Assembly: GCA_030264375.1 (NCBI GenBank)
Contig: JASCQW010000098.1
Span: 13,159,653-13,223,652 of the forward strand
Direction: 5' to 3'
DNA from: Carcharhinus longimanus
Taxonomy: Eukaryota
Length of the DNA stretch: 64,000 nt
In this document: in pieces, positions 1-11,232 of the stretch
Layout of the letters: each line of letters begins with the position of its first letter
How positions within the stretch are numbered: position 1 is the stretch's first letter
Position numbers and translations under genes: made by a program
Notes under the pieces: model-generated
What the model saw: the letters and a program-made list of their open reading frames with translations, nothing else
Database searches by the model: none
Told to the model about the DNA's origin: nothing

Positions 1-150
1 AGTTTTGAAGTGCACTTTGGCAAAGTAGAGGGAGTCACTAACTTTGATTCTGGCTGCAACATACTGAAGCTTGGGCAGTTTGATGTGAAGAATGAACACA
101 AAGTGTAATGAAAATCTTTACCAACAAGCAGAAATGACAAAGAATCTTAC

Positions 151-285
151 CCATCATCAGTGGTGATAGACGCCTGACCGTGGGATCCACAATCACTACT
201 GGGCCCTGAAACTCGAGCCCAAGCCACATACCACCAACCAGCCTGCAACACCACAGGTTCATCAAACATCATTGCATATTTCTCT
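151..285 (-). CDS. MYCBP2: MYCBP2 exon 28 (135 bp), REKYAMMFDEPVVLQAGWWYVAWARVSGPSSDCGSHGQASITTDD (PHR1)
   Basis: tttcag acceptor, TGG|GTAAGA donor. Confidence 0.97.
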
Positions 286-1086
286 CTGAAAAATACAAAC
301 AGCGTGTGAACAGAATTCAGTATGAAACATATTCTTTATTTTGTTAAACTGGTTGATCTCCTCTGGCAAAGCTCATAGAAGTATATGCTTTCACGTTAAG
401 CAGAGTTGGTGGAGGGGGAATAAATGGATAATACTGCACAGAACTCATTCATTCCTTCCATATTTTTAGTTATTAGCTGTGCACACAGCAATTTGGGAAG
501 CAGGAAAACAGAATTGGTTATAACAAGAATTTCTTTACGACACATACCAAGGAGCTGACATGCAAAATTGAAGTGCTTTAGCTCTATTACTGGCAAGCAG
601 CTGCATTTACAGGAAGTGCACATTTATATAAGAAGCTAGAATTACAAAAGGTGGACAGATTTATAATAGCAACAAAGACTTGGCAGAAATTACATAACAT
701 TCAAACATTTTGATATATTTCAGACAGACGCTTCTGTTCAACATGAAACTCAAGAAATCTAAAAAATATAGTTTGGAACCCCTATCACAAATGCATGACA
801 GAGCTGAATAGTAAAAAGAAAAACTTACACAGAAAGCAAGCTAACCATTTAACCAAACTATAAACTATATAAGCATTTTGTTACACTCAAGTTAATGTGA
901 TACTATCACCAAGCACTCTAGATCCAATGCAATCTTTATTATTACCAAATTGTTCAATTGACGTTTTATGGCACCCCATGTGAAGTATCAGGGTGCTTTG
1001 CAAAAAGGAAAAGAAGTTGCTCTTATGTTTCTAGATTGTCCTTGTTATTCAAGATTTGTCCAGTTTCTGAATTTTAGAAAACTGTA

Positions 1087-1390
1087 GGCAAGTTGGCACA
1101 GCTGCCTCACAACGCCAGGGACCCAGGTTCAATTCCAGCCTTGGGTCACTGTTCGTGTGGAGTTTGCACATTCTCCCCGTGGCTGCTTGGGTTTACTCCG
1201 GTTTCCTCCTACAGTCCAAAGATATGCAGGTTAGGTGGACTGGCCGTGCTACATTGCCCCTCAGTGACAGGGAGATTAACAGGGTAAACGTGTGGGGTTA
1301 TGGAGATGGGGCTTGGGTTGGATTGTCGTTAGTTCAGGCTCAATGGGCCAAATGGCCGCTTTCTGCACTGTAGGGTCACTCTGATTCTAT
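1087..1390 (+). mobile_element. tRNA-derived HE1/V-SINE-like element, tail type A (CR1-like ...gcactgtaggg..attctat)
   Basis: B-box-like ggttcaattcc; central gtggagtttgcacattctcccc...tcctacagtccaaagat; multiple copies in window. Confidence 0.85.
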
Positions 1391-3163
1391 AAGAAGTTAT
1401 GGCAGCCCATGCTTCTAAGAAATTATCAATACCAGAGCAAACACTGTTAATTTTAGCTATCAAAATTATGCCTCAAAGGACCTTGTAAGTGGCTGTGCTC
1501 TGTTGCATCAATCATAGAACAGATTCATAGAATCCTTATAGTGCAGAAGAGGTCATTCAGCCCATCAAGTATGCACCAGCTGTCTAACAAAGTATTTTAT
1601 CCAGGCCCTCTCCCCAACTCTACTCCTGTAACCCTGTGCCACCATGTAGCCCAGTTAAGTTTAATTGATTCAACTAAGTTTACAAATCATGAATAATCTC
1701 AACACAAACACGTTAGTACAGTTGAAAGCCTTCTCTACTCAAAATGAAAAAGTTGCAAGTTAGCACTAAGCTGTTCTGTAAATAACACCTTTTTAAAAAA
1801 TTTACACTGCCCTTTCCTGGTCATTTTTTACCAACAATGAAAGTTAATCAAGTCTATTGTAAGTTTTTCAATCAGCTCAATGTGGCCTCCAGCAAACTCT
1901 CCAAACACATTTTATATCCCTCATTTAGGTCTGCTTCTTTCAATAATAAGTCATATCCATAGCTAAAGCAATTATGAAATCAATGGCTTGGCTCCTCTCT
2001 GAAATCAGTTACCATAGAAACAGCCACAAATCTTATAGCATCGAGTAGTTCAGGTCAAGAATGAGGAGGCTTTTTAAACATGTTATGCATTATGATGGAA
2101 TTAAAGGAAGACAAAACTGTTTTGATTTGTCAAGTGCACAGTAAGCCAGAAGTAAAAGGGATTTTGAAGAAGGCAGAGATAGAAAAAATACATTCAAAGA
2201 TATGCCTGGCGCCAGGGAGGAAAACACCATGGCAAACTGTTTTTGAAAAAAAGAGACTGAGACAGCAGAGACCGTGTGGCTGAAGTATTAACTTCTATTG
2301 GTGTCCTGGCATGAGGCAATGCAGTATTTCATAATCAGAAGAATAGGAATTGACATGTGGTTGGGACAACATTATTCAAAAAGGTGGACTAAGGCGATAG
2401 GGGAGTTGATAATAAGTAGAAGGATATTGAAATTCAATTTGCTGGAACACAAGCAGCTCATTGGGAAGAGAAGCTTTCTAATCAACCAAAATCTGTGAAA
2501 GAGGGCAGTGTAAAATGCATTTGATAAAACTAATCAATTACTGAGATGAAGGTAGTGAAAATATAGAATCATGGAATAGAATCATATCACTAGCAGCGTC
2601 CAGTAAATTGTTTCTGTTCACTGCATACGATATTGATTTAGATATAGGGCTAAACGGAGTGGTGTCTAAATCTGCAGAATGTAGCAAATAGGAGGCAAAG
2701 TAAATAATAATGTGGAACGCAAAGGAAGCTTTAAAAAGGATATTAATAAATCGGCAAAGCACACATAAAATATACAATTCAGCATCAGTAAATAGGTGGT
2801 GATACAGTTTGGGAAAATAAATTAACAATTATATGTTAAATTGGGGAACCGATGAAGTGAAAGATCTAAGGATTTGGAGATTCTGGTTCTGAAGACCTCA
2901 CAGCTGAGAGGATTAAAGTATGATTACAAAGAAGTGTTTACTATGAAGCAATTAGGCAGAGTAGATAGGAACAGTTTCCAGGAATTGAGGAACAAGATTC
3001 AAGATTAAATACAAAAGATTTAGGATATAGATAGGAATTTCCTTCTTTTATACAGATTCAAAACGGTAGAATTGATTGTTGAGGCAGAGACTATGTCAGT
3101 ACTTGTGAATTTAGGTAGTTGAAGGAAGTGGGAAATACCAGGATTTGAAAACCATTACGTGGA

Positions 3164-3355
3164 GATACTGGTGTCGGACTAGGGTAAGCACAGTAAGAAG
3201 TCTCTCAACAGCACGTTAAAATCCAACAGGTTTATTTGGTAGCACAAGCTTTCAGAGCACTGCTCTTTCACCTGATGAAGGGGCAGTGCTCTGAAAGCTC
3301 ATGCTACCAAATAAACCTACTGGATTTTAACCTGGTGTTGAGAGACTTCTTACTG
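3164..3355. mobile_element. Palindromic Penelope-like element terminus (165-bp inverted repeat 3191-3355) with a minimal hammerhead motif
   Basis: Arms cagtaagaagtctctcaaca...gagcactgctctttca and tgaaggggcagtgctc...tgttgagagacttcttactg are near-perfect reverse complements; CTGATGA...GAAA core at 3272-3296. Confidence 0.75.
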
Positions 3356-3685
3356 AGGATATGAAAAGAGAGCAGACACTTTGGATTAGGACTAAAATTC
3401 AAGTGGAAGATCAGTGCAACTAGCTGGGTCAAACTTTCTGTCCCGTATAATTATTTCTCTTAATAACTGGTACATTTAAAAATTGGACAGAGAAATGAGA
3501 AAGAGCAAAAGACTGCATCAGCTTTACAACAGGTAGGACCTCTTACTATCAATTCTATTTTGATATGAATGTGTGAACTAGGAACTAATTCACTAATTGT
3601 ATTCCAAAATTCAAGGGAATTATGTCACTGGTTATCAAACTAGGTTGACAAATTTAAAGTTCTGCAAATATAGATTAACACGTAC

Positions 3686-3777
3686 CTTGCAGCACAATCA
3701 TATGCCAGGACATCAGTTTCTGCCAGCAGGTCACCATCAGTTTCATGATCTCCTCCATCAGGTCCAAGCTCAAATAA
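3686..3777 (-). CDS. MYCBP2: MYCBP2 exon 27 (92 bp), LFELGPDGGDHETDGDLLAETDVLAYDCAA (PHR1)
   Basis: aactag acceptor, AAG|GTACGT donor. Confidence 0.97.
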
Positions 3778-4109
3778 CTAGTTTGAGGAAAAGAAAAACA
3801 GGTTCAATACTTTATATTTAAGTTTAGGCTGCTGTTATTTGTTTAAAAAACATTATTGTGGCTTCTATGTTAAGTCACCATGTGACATGTCTGAACAGGC
3901 AACTGGATCTGATGTTTCCCCTACTTTCTTAGGTGACTCAATAAATCCAAACTGTCAACGCCAGATAAAAAAGATGCTTTCTGCTACTTACACTATATTT
4001 GTATTAATCCAGCACTAGCACTCTGTGCCAAAATTTTGTACAGTTGTTATTCTTTTAATGGGAATCCTAACGAAGAATATACCTAATCTAAGAGGGCCAT
4101 TGACAAGGA

Positions 4110-4525
4110 CAGCATTTACTATCCAGCTCTAATTGAACCACTGCACTGCATGTGGTGTAGGTATTCACAGTGCCATTAGGGAGCGAGTTCCAAGATTTGA
4201 CCCAACAACAGTGGGTGGAACTGCAATATAGCACCAAACTGGGTTACTGTGCAAGGTGCAGGGAAACTTGCAGATGGAACTGCTCCCATCAATCTGCTGC
4301 CCTTGTCCTTCTGGTAAACGGAGGTTAAAGGTAATGTCGAAGGAGCCATGGTGAATTGCAGCAGTACATCTTGTCGATGGTAAATATGGCTGTCACTGTT
4401 TGCCAGTTGTGGAGGAATGACTGTTTAAGGACCGCAGCTTTGTCCTGGATGGTGTTGAGCTTCGAGTGTTACTGAAGCTGCATTCATCCAAACAAGTGGA
4501 GCACATTCCAACACACTCTTGAACT
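4110..4525 (-). mobile_element. CR1/L2-group LINE 3' fragment
   Basis: Reverse complement of the family at 14340-14890 and 60345-60900 (tttgtcctggatggtgttgagcttc). Confidence 0.7.
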
Positions 4526-4584
4526 TGTCCCTGTTGCAAAGAAATATGATTGTTTTCAATTATTTTCTTTGTTGGTTAATTCAC

Positions 4585-4712
4585 CTTTATTTTTGCTGTG
4601 TATTCACCTCTGCCACCAAACAGACCAAGACCTCCAAGTAATATATCTGTGTCAGCACAAAAGCGAATGGCTTCCACAGAATGAGCAGAATACCCCCAGC
4701 CACCTCCATGGC
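4585..4712 (-). CDS. MYCBP2: MYCBP2 exon 26 (128 bp), [43 protein letters not shown] (PHR1)
   Basis: gtttag acceptor, AAG|GTGAAT donor; PHR domain signature. Confidence 0.97.
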
Positions 4713-4803
4713 CTAAACATTAACAGCAGACAGGAACATAGTTAATACAAATTGTTTCTCAAAAACTAAAGCAATTTAATGAAATAAATATATATAAACC
4801 TAC

Positions 4804-4929
4804 TTTCAAATCTATTAACCACACTATAGTCTTCTTTGGAATATACTTTAGTGACTGCTTGGATCTCCTCTTCTGTATTAGTGACGCCCATTTTCAGATC
4901 CTGCATAACAGCTAATGTATCCAAACAAC
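4804..4929 (-). CDS. MYCBP2: MYCBP2 exon 25 (126 bp), GCLDTLAVMQDLKMG...KEDYSVVNRFE
   Basis: Manual translation; aaacag acceptor, AAA|GTAGGT donor; ends at start of PHR domain. Confidence 0.96.
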
Positions 4930-5259
4930 CTGTTTTAATATTTGAAAAGAGTTATTCAGGAAAATCCAAATACTTCACAGCAGATAATACATAATCAGAG
5001 CTCAACACTACTTTCATTTCCGCCATACACAAATGCACAATTAGAAGACATTCACTCATAACAGTGCTAAATTAAGTAATTATAAGCCCTGGGATTTTAC
5101 ATAAGCTGAATACTCACATATCAGCATTAAAGACCCGGTTTCACTGAATAAAAATCTAAGNNNNNNNNNNNNNNNNNNNNNNNNNNNNNNNNNNNNNNNN
5201 NNNNNNNNNNNNNNNNNNNNNNNNNNNNNNNNNNNNNNNNNNNNNNNNNNNNNNNNNNN

Positions 5260-5790
5260 GTCACTGGGGAGAATGCACCAGTTAACTGTTGACTGACAGT
5301 TAACTGCCAAGTTTTGTTTAAATTAAAACCAGATGGATCATGACATTGCCCTGGGGAATGAACTAGAGAATGGCTGTCGCTTTGTTTGTTCAGTTGAAAC
5401 AGGTGTCATGTACATACATGTTCTTTCTGTCTGCATTAATATATGGAGCCATCAGTACAGGAAATTGCACCACACTGCGAGCGGACCGAGGATCTTAAAT
5501 TGGTTGTTTAGCGAATACTGTTTAATGGTGCAATCATATCGAATGCTGGACACGGTTTGAACTTTTGCAAGCATGAGCTGGCTGGATATGGTCAGTACTT
5601 TGCCTGTTGCAAACAGCCAACAGGACATGCTGTTTAATATAACCTGCCAGCTTTTGGCATGTGCAGCCTACATAATTACCATCACACTGTCAGTGAAATT
5701 CATACATCATGATTCATTTGTGCGAGGGGCAAAATATAGGCAGCTTCCTCTTACTAGTCTAACCACTTGTGTTGCTACTGCGTAGCATTA
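5260..5790 (-). mobile_element. Decayed Penelope-like element 3' region with GIY-YIG endonuclease remnant
   Basis: Minus strand 5710..~5624 reads MMYEFH*QCDGNYVGCTCQKLAGYIKQHV, a GIY-YIG-type xxY...YVG motif with an in-frame stop. Confidence 0.7.
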
Positions 5791-6714
5791 AATGGATAGC
5801 TTCACCTGCTGCTCAAATACTTGAGATACCCTACCCTTCCAGAGTAATGAGATAAACTGGGCACTTTTCAAGATAGAAGGTGGCAGGCTTAAGCCCATTC
5901 ATGAGTTTGTGAATGCAAATGGAACAACGAGCAGTACTCTTGGCAATAAACACAGTATGGGAAGGAAACTCAAGGTACAATATGATACCCAAGGAATAAC
6001 CTGAGTGCTCAGATATAATCCAGAATAAAGGGATACGAGCATTGGCAAAAACTGAAGAGAACAGCTTTGATTTTGAAGCAAAGGCAAATGTAAATCATCC
6101 AGTATTCACATCCAGCAGTCATACAGCTAGTAATAAAATATCGCAAGTTTTGGTATTGCTGGTAGGAATAGATGCTGCAATGGATCACAGCATCATATTT
6201 GCGGATTCTGATCTTTTGTGTAAATAATACAGGTGATGCGGACAGGATTTTAAATGAAGAAGCCTGGACCAGAAATAGAGCCCTGAAGAACGGTCACTTG
6301 GACAAGAAACAATTACTGCCTTCAAAGCAAGTATTCCAAAGCAAGCAAATGTCATTAAAAGAACAAGTGAATAATATAGGTTAAATCAAAAATACAATCC
6401 CATAAAATCCCATGAAGAATATCATTTTAATGCTCAACACCTTCCTAAAATTGCTGCTGTAAGTCTGACGAAAAGATTCAATATATGGTACTGGTAGTTT
6501 CCCGTATAACATCAGCAAAGTTTATTATAGTGAATCACATACTTACGATGTTTTTTTTAAATATATGAGTGCCTGACACATCAGGTTGTAAATAACAATG
6601 ACCAACAACATCATGGGTGCTTCAATGTTAAAAGAACTTGTCTTTGAATGACTAGATCTCATTGCATAGCTGCTGAATTAACTTGCATACTTATAATTAT
6701 CCACAAATTCATAC

Positions 6715-6887
6715 CTAGAATGTGCAAAGCCCCATGAGACCTGGTGGTATTTGCTTTAGATCCTGTTGGTAAAGCAAGTTCAGGGCTCAATATACTACAT
6801 CTGCTCTGCATATCTGGTGATGTAGGAAGCCTGGCATCTGCTGTAACTGCATTGTAACACCAAACTTCCTTTGCACCAGGTATAAAC
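6715..6887 (-). CDS. MYCBP2: MYCBP2 exon 24 (173 bp), RFIPGAKEVWCYNAVTADARLP...RSHGALHIL
   Basis: Manual translation; ccacag acceptor, TAG|GTATGA donor. Confidence 0.96.
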
Positions 6888-7402
6888 CTGTGGAGAGAAA
6901 GAGAAGAGCCCGTTGATGTATGAAATTAAAGAGTAAATGTAACTCAGTATCACATGCCCCATTTCTTTTTAATTAGTGTTACATTTAGGAATAGGCCATT
7001 CTGCTTTGAAAGCCTGCTTATAATTTAATTCATTTATAGTTGATCTGTATTCAATTTATTCACCATTGTTAAATATCCTACGATAGCTTTGCCAAACAAA
7101 AATGTAATCAAAATGAGTCATTAAAATTTCTATTAACTGAACATCCATAGCCTCTACTCAAAGGTAGTTTGGGTGTTTAACTACCTTTGCTACAAAATTA
7201 GAAGTTTATGCGTAAACCAGAAGTATTCAGATATTATCATAAATTCAGGAATCTGTCAACTGGATATTTGAAATACAACTAAAAATGGTTACCGACAGTG
7301 GAGTTCTCCATTCACTTGGAAATCTGCTAATAAGCCTGCTGTACATTCATCATTTTTTGAAAAAACAAATTAAGGACTCCATAAAATTGGGATGATCAAA
7401 TT

Positions 7403-7737
7403 GGGTGGCACAGTGGCTAGCGTTGCCACCTCACAGTATGCAGGACCTGGGTTCAATTTGAGTCTTGGGTGATTATGGGGAGTTTGCACATTCTCACAGT
7501 GTCTGTGTGAGTTTCCTCTGGATGCTTCGGTTTCCTCCCACAGTCCAAGAATATACAGGTTGCATGGATTAACCATGATAAATTGCCTCTTCGTGTCCCA
7601 AGATGCACAAGTTAGGGGGATTAGCCATGGTAAACAGGTGGGGTTACAGGGTTAGGGCCTGGGTAAAGGTGCTCTGTCAGAGGGTCAGTGCAGACTCAAT
7701 GGGCCAAATGGCCTCCTGCATTGCAGGGATTCAATGA
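7403..7737 (+). mobile_element. HE1/V-SINE-like element, tail A
   Basis: Same head, central domain and tail as 1087-1390. Confidence 0.85.
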
Positions 7738-8408
7738 ACAAGATTGAGATAACAGCCTCCAGGTCGTCTACCAAAATGAAGGAAATAAAAACCTCAAATT
7801 AAAGCAAGTACCAATAATGGGTGACAAATGCCACCAAATCAATAAGTATTGATAGCTAGACTCGTGGAGTGTGGGTGGTGGTGTGTGGAAATACAGCAAC
7901 AACAGTGGAGTTAGGCCATGGAATTCAGCAAGGGTGTGTGATGGAACACAATTTAAACAAGGCTAATTAATGATCCACTGTCCAGTCTTATGATCATGGA
8001 AATGTTTAATTTAAATTCGAAGCAAGGCAGGAAATCTTGTTGTCACTGAGACATTCATGAATAACATTAATGCTAAACTCAGAATCATTTAACATGATAT
8101 TCAGTTTTGTTTTTTCTGCACTTGTAAGAATCAAAGTTTTTTTCAATTTAACTATAGAACTGCAGGAAAATGGAAAAACCACCTTTAATGTGGTCGGAAA
8201 AGAAACCTCAGGATGCTACAGCTGTGCAAGAGCTTCTAATTAACACAAGCATAGCTATGACAGCATAGCAGGTGTTGTCCTTTGGGGATAAAATGTCTTT
8301 AAAATGTTTCTAAGCTGTTTCAGGTGTTGATCCAATTGTAAATCTGGTTATTTTCCTCTACTGGACTGGAGAAGATGTCAGAGTTGCAACTATTGATTTA
8401 ATAAAAAG

Positions 8409-8616
8409 GTAAGATTGCCATGGTCCCAGACAACCATTAGTTCCTCTCCCTCTGACAGGTGGTGGTGATTTAACCCTAGGATCACCACATTTCAGGCAAG
8501 GGACAAGGTTGAGAAGGTGGGTCTTCATGAATAGCCTCAGCCGGTACAGTAATTAAACCCACGCTGTTGGCATCACACTACATCACCAACTAGCTACCCA
8601 TCCAACTGAGCTAAAC
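8409..8616 (-). mobile_element. tRNA-derived SINE of a separate family
   Basis: Minus strand begins gtttagctcagttgg (A box) with a decayed B box (gcgtgggtttaattac). Confidence 0.6.
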
Positions 8617-9202
8617 ATTGAGTTTAATACATCATACACTCACGCAAAGACAAATGAATTATGCGGGTTGTGAGACTAGACCCAATCCCCACTGTTCAAG
8701 TGATGAACTGTAAGACTTTACACAAAAATAATCAAATTAATTTGTAAAATACAGAATCACTCTGAAGCTACAGGAGAAACTCTTGTCACTCTATTGCATT
8801 TGTCCTATTAGGTTTACAGTGACAATCAAATTAATATTTACAACTGTACTTGTGACTTTCAGTAGTATATGCTGCATATTAATTCACATGCCAGTAGCTC
8901 GACAAATGTCTAAACCTATAATTTAATTGTTAGTCATCATGCTCTGAAGTACAATATTCAAATTCAATAGAACTGAAAACATGATAATCATGGGCAACTT
9001 CAGCAGTTGATTTTCATGTTTAGTTTTGCATTAATAATAGAAAACAAATTTTTCAAATACAAGGCTTTGTAAACATAGCAACAAGTAAAGGATAAAGCAC
9101 TGGGGCATCTGAGCTGCCAGGAATTTTAAAAAAGTGAAGTAAACATAGCTTTTCAAATACCAACATTTCAGATTTCCCCAAGTTGACAAAGAGGAGTTAA
9201 AT

Positions 9203-9302
9203 GAAAACAGAAAATGCTGGAAAAACTCAGCAAGTCTAGCAGCATCTGTGGACAGAGGAACAAGGGTTAACATTTCCAGTCCGTATGATTCTTCTTCAGG
9301 AC
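9203..9302 (-). mobile_element. Short Penelope-type terminal remnant with decayed hammerhead motif
   Basis: Minus strand CTGAAGA-agaatc-atacg-gactg-GAAATGTT-aac; shared block aaaacagaaaatgctggaaaaactcagca. Confidence 0.65.
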
Positions 9303-9401
9303 ACAGGGTTGCCCGATTGTGTCTACAAGTTGAAAATCCAAAAAATGACAAAATAAAATTATGCTCAAACTTTCTATTGCAGGGAACCATTGCAAGATTA
9401 C

Positions 9402-9555
9402 CTCCAAATTACATCATACACAGGATCCAAGCAAACTCCAAATCCTCGCAAGTCTTCCTGCTCTGAATCATTAAATGTCCTGCAGCTTCCATCCAGCTTA
9501 TTGATTAATAGACATTTAAAGGGCGGTGGCTCAGTTATGGATGCAGGTACCAAAC
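9402..9555 (-). CDS. MYCBP2: MYCBP2 exon 23 (154 bp), GLVPASITEPPPFKCLLINKLDG...DPVYDVIW
   Basis: gaatag acceptor, GAG|GTAATC donor; ORF 9398..9607. Confidence 0.97.
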
Positions 9556-9943
9556 CTATTCGAACAAACCACAGATCAGACTCCCGTAAGACATTTAGCC
9601 ATATCATTACACCTCTTCAAAAAAATTTCAGATTTTAAATACAACTAGAAATCAAGACCTCACCCTTATATTTCCCCATTCCCAGCAACTTAACCTACAG
9701 CTTACCTTCTAGTCTATGTGGCTAATACAAAACACCGTACAGATAATTTACCTCTGGTTTGTCTTGGTACAATTTAATTCCACTTAAAATGAAAGTCTTG
9801 TGCTTTGTGGTACATTATTCAGATTATATGTTGATGAAATCTAACATTTTGAAGCCTTGCTTCAATTTGCAATGAGGTCACTTCTGTTAATATTTTAGAA
9901 AATTCACAACACATTGAGCATCAAAGAAAGAAATCAGTCTTGC

Positions 9944-10159
9944 CTATAATGCTTCTGCTAGCAAAGATTTCTGAAGTTGATAAAACATNNNNNNNNNNAA
10001 GATGTTGATAAGTGCTTCATCAATGCGGAGGAAAGTCTGGTCACCACTTGCACCAATCCAGGTAGCCTTTCTGCCATACTTTGATCCTATATTGGGCATT
10101 GCAGATGGTCTTGTGTTCCAGAAGGGTACATCCAAAATTGGTCTACCAAGTTGCCCTTT
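9944..10159 (-). CDS. MYCBP2: MYCBP2 exon 22, KGQLGRPILDVPFWN...DEALIN[gap]VLSTSEIFASRSII; interrupted by 10 N at 9989-9998
   Basis: ttgtag acceptor; donor TAG|GCAAGA (GC); conserved peptide on both sides of the gap. Confidence 0.9.
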   Translation of the reverse strand, partial: KGQLGRPILDVPFWNTRPSAMPNIGSKYGRKATWIGASGDQTFLRIDEALINIXXXXMFYQLQKSLLAEAL

Positions 10160-10930
10160 CTACAAGAGACAAAAAAAATTTCATTTTCACTTCCACGAAA
10201 ATGAATTTGATGGACAGCTTGCATTTATGTACCTCTTTTAAAATAGAAATGCATCCCAAGGCACTGTATCCCAATTTTAGTGCGTAAGTTAGGAGTCGAC
10301 AACATTAGGGAGAATGAAGTAAACAGTCTTGATACTGGAGAGATTATGGGGCCAGAATTTCATTTCAGGACTAAATAAAACCCAGTGTTCAAGAACAATG
10401 TGGTGTAATTTTAAATCATTACTTTACACTTTCAAAATGTACACACTTCATCTGAATTTTTTTCCCTGGATCAATTTTACGCTTAGTAACGGGAATGATG
10501 ACCGAGATCAAAACACTTTTGACGTACAGATGAACCCTAAATAATCTACCATGACAGAGTAAAGCTCAAAAGCCACAGTTACGATTGAGCATTTAAATCT
10601 TAATTCTGAAAACAAATAACCTATGAAATGTTTAGGTTCATTGCTCAAGAGGGGGTTAATTGTTAGATGGCACTTAGGCTGTGGGTGTAATACCAGCCTG
10701 CATTTGAGAGCAATACAAGATTGAGGAATTTCTCCATGTTAAGGTTTATTCCATATAATCTACAGTACAAGATTATACAGCAGAAATTTATGTGCGTCTT
10801 AAAAACCATTCCATTTTCTTTGACATATTGCACGCAAAATATTTTATGCCCATACATTATCTTCGGTACACTCCCTTTTGTTGAAAAATTGCATAAAATA
10901 GCAAGCAAATGATAAGAAATATATTCTTAC

Positions 10931-11048
10931 AGAGAAGCTTCCAAATGTGAAGACTTGTCCATCTGCTAACAGTAGGGCTGTATGGTTACTGCCTGCAGTT
11001 ACTTGGGTGCAAGGAGCTGGTAAGTCCTGCACCAATGTCGGCGCACCT
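10931..11048 (-). CDS. MYCBP2: MYCBP2 exon 21 (118 bp), RGAPTLVQDLPAPCTQVTAGSNHTALLLADGQVFTFGSFS
   Basis: tttcag acceptor, TCT|GTAAGA donor; ORF 10844..11137. Confidence 0.97.
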
Positions 11049-11150
11049 CTGAAACAAAAAATATATTTAGCAAGGTACCAGTCTTGTCCGGTAATGCACA
11101 TTCCTATCTCAAAATACCACGAATACAAAGTTTTCACTTTTATTTATTAC

Positions 11151-11232
11151 CTTGAATTTACATCTCCATGTCCAAGTTGACCATGTTGTCCATATCCAAA
11201 TGTATACACATCACCATTCTCCATCAGAATCA
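11151..11232 (-). CDS. MYCBP2: MYCBP2 exon 20 (82 bp), VILMENGDVYTFGYGQHGQLGHGDVNS
   Basis: RCC1 motif GQLG; ctacag acceptor, AAG|GTAATA donor. Confidence 0.97.

Noticed and set aside
1087-1145. SINE heads as genuine tRNA genes
   Set aside because: A/B-box-like motifs run directly into SINE body sequence with no complete cloverleaf or terminator.
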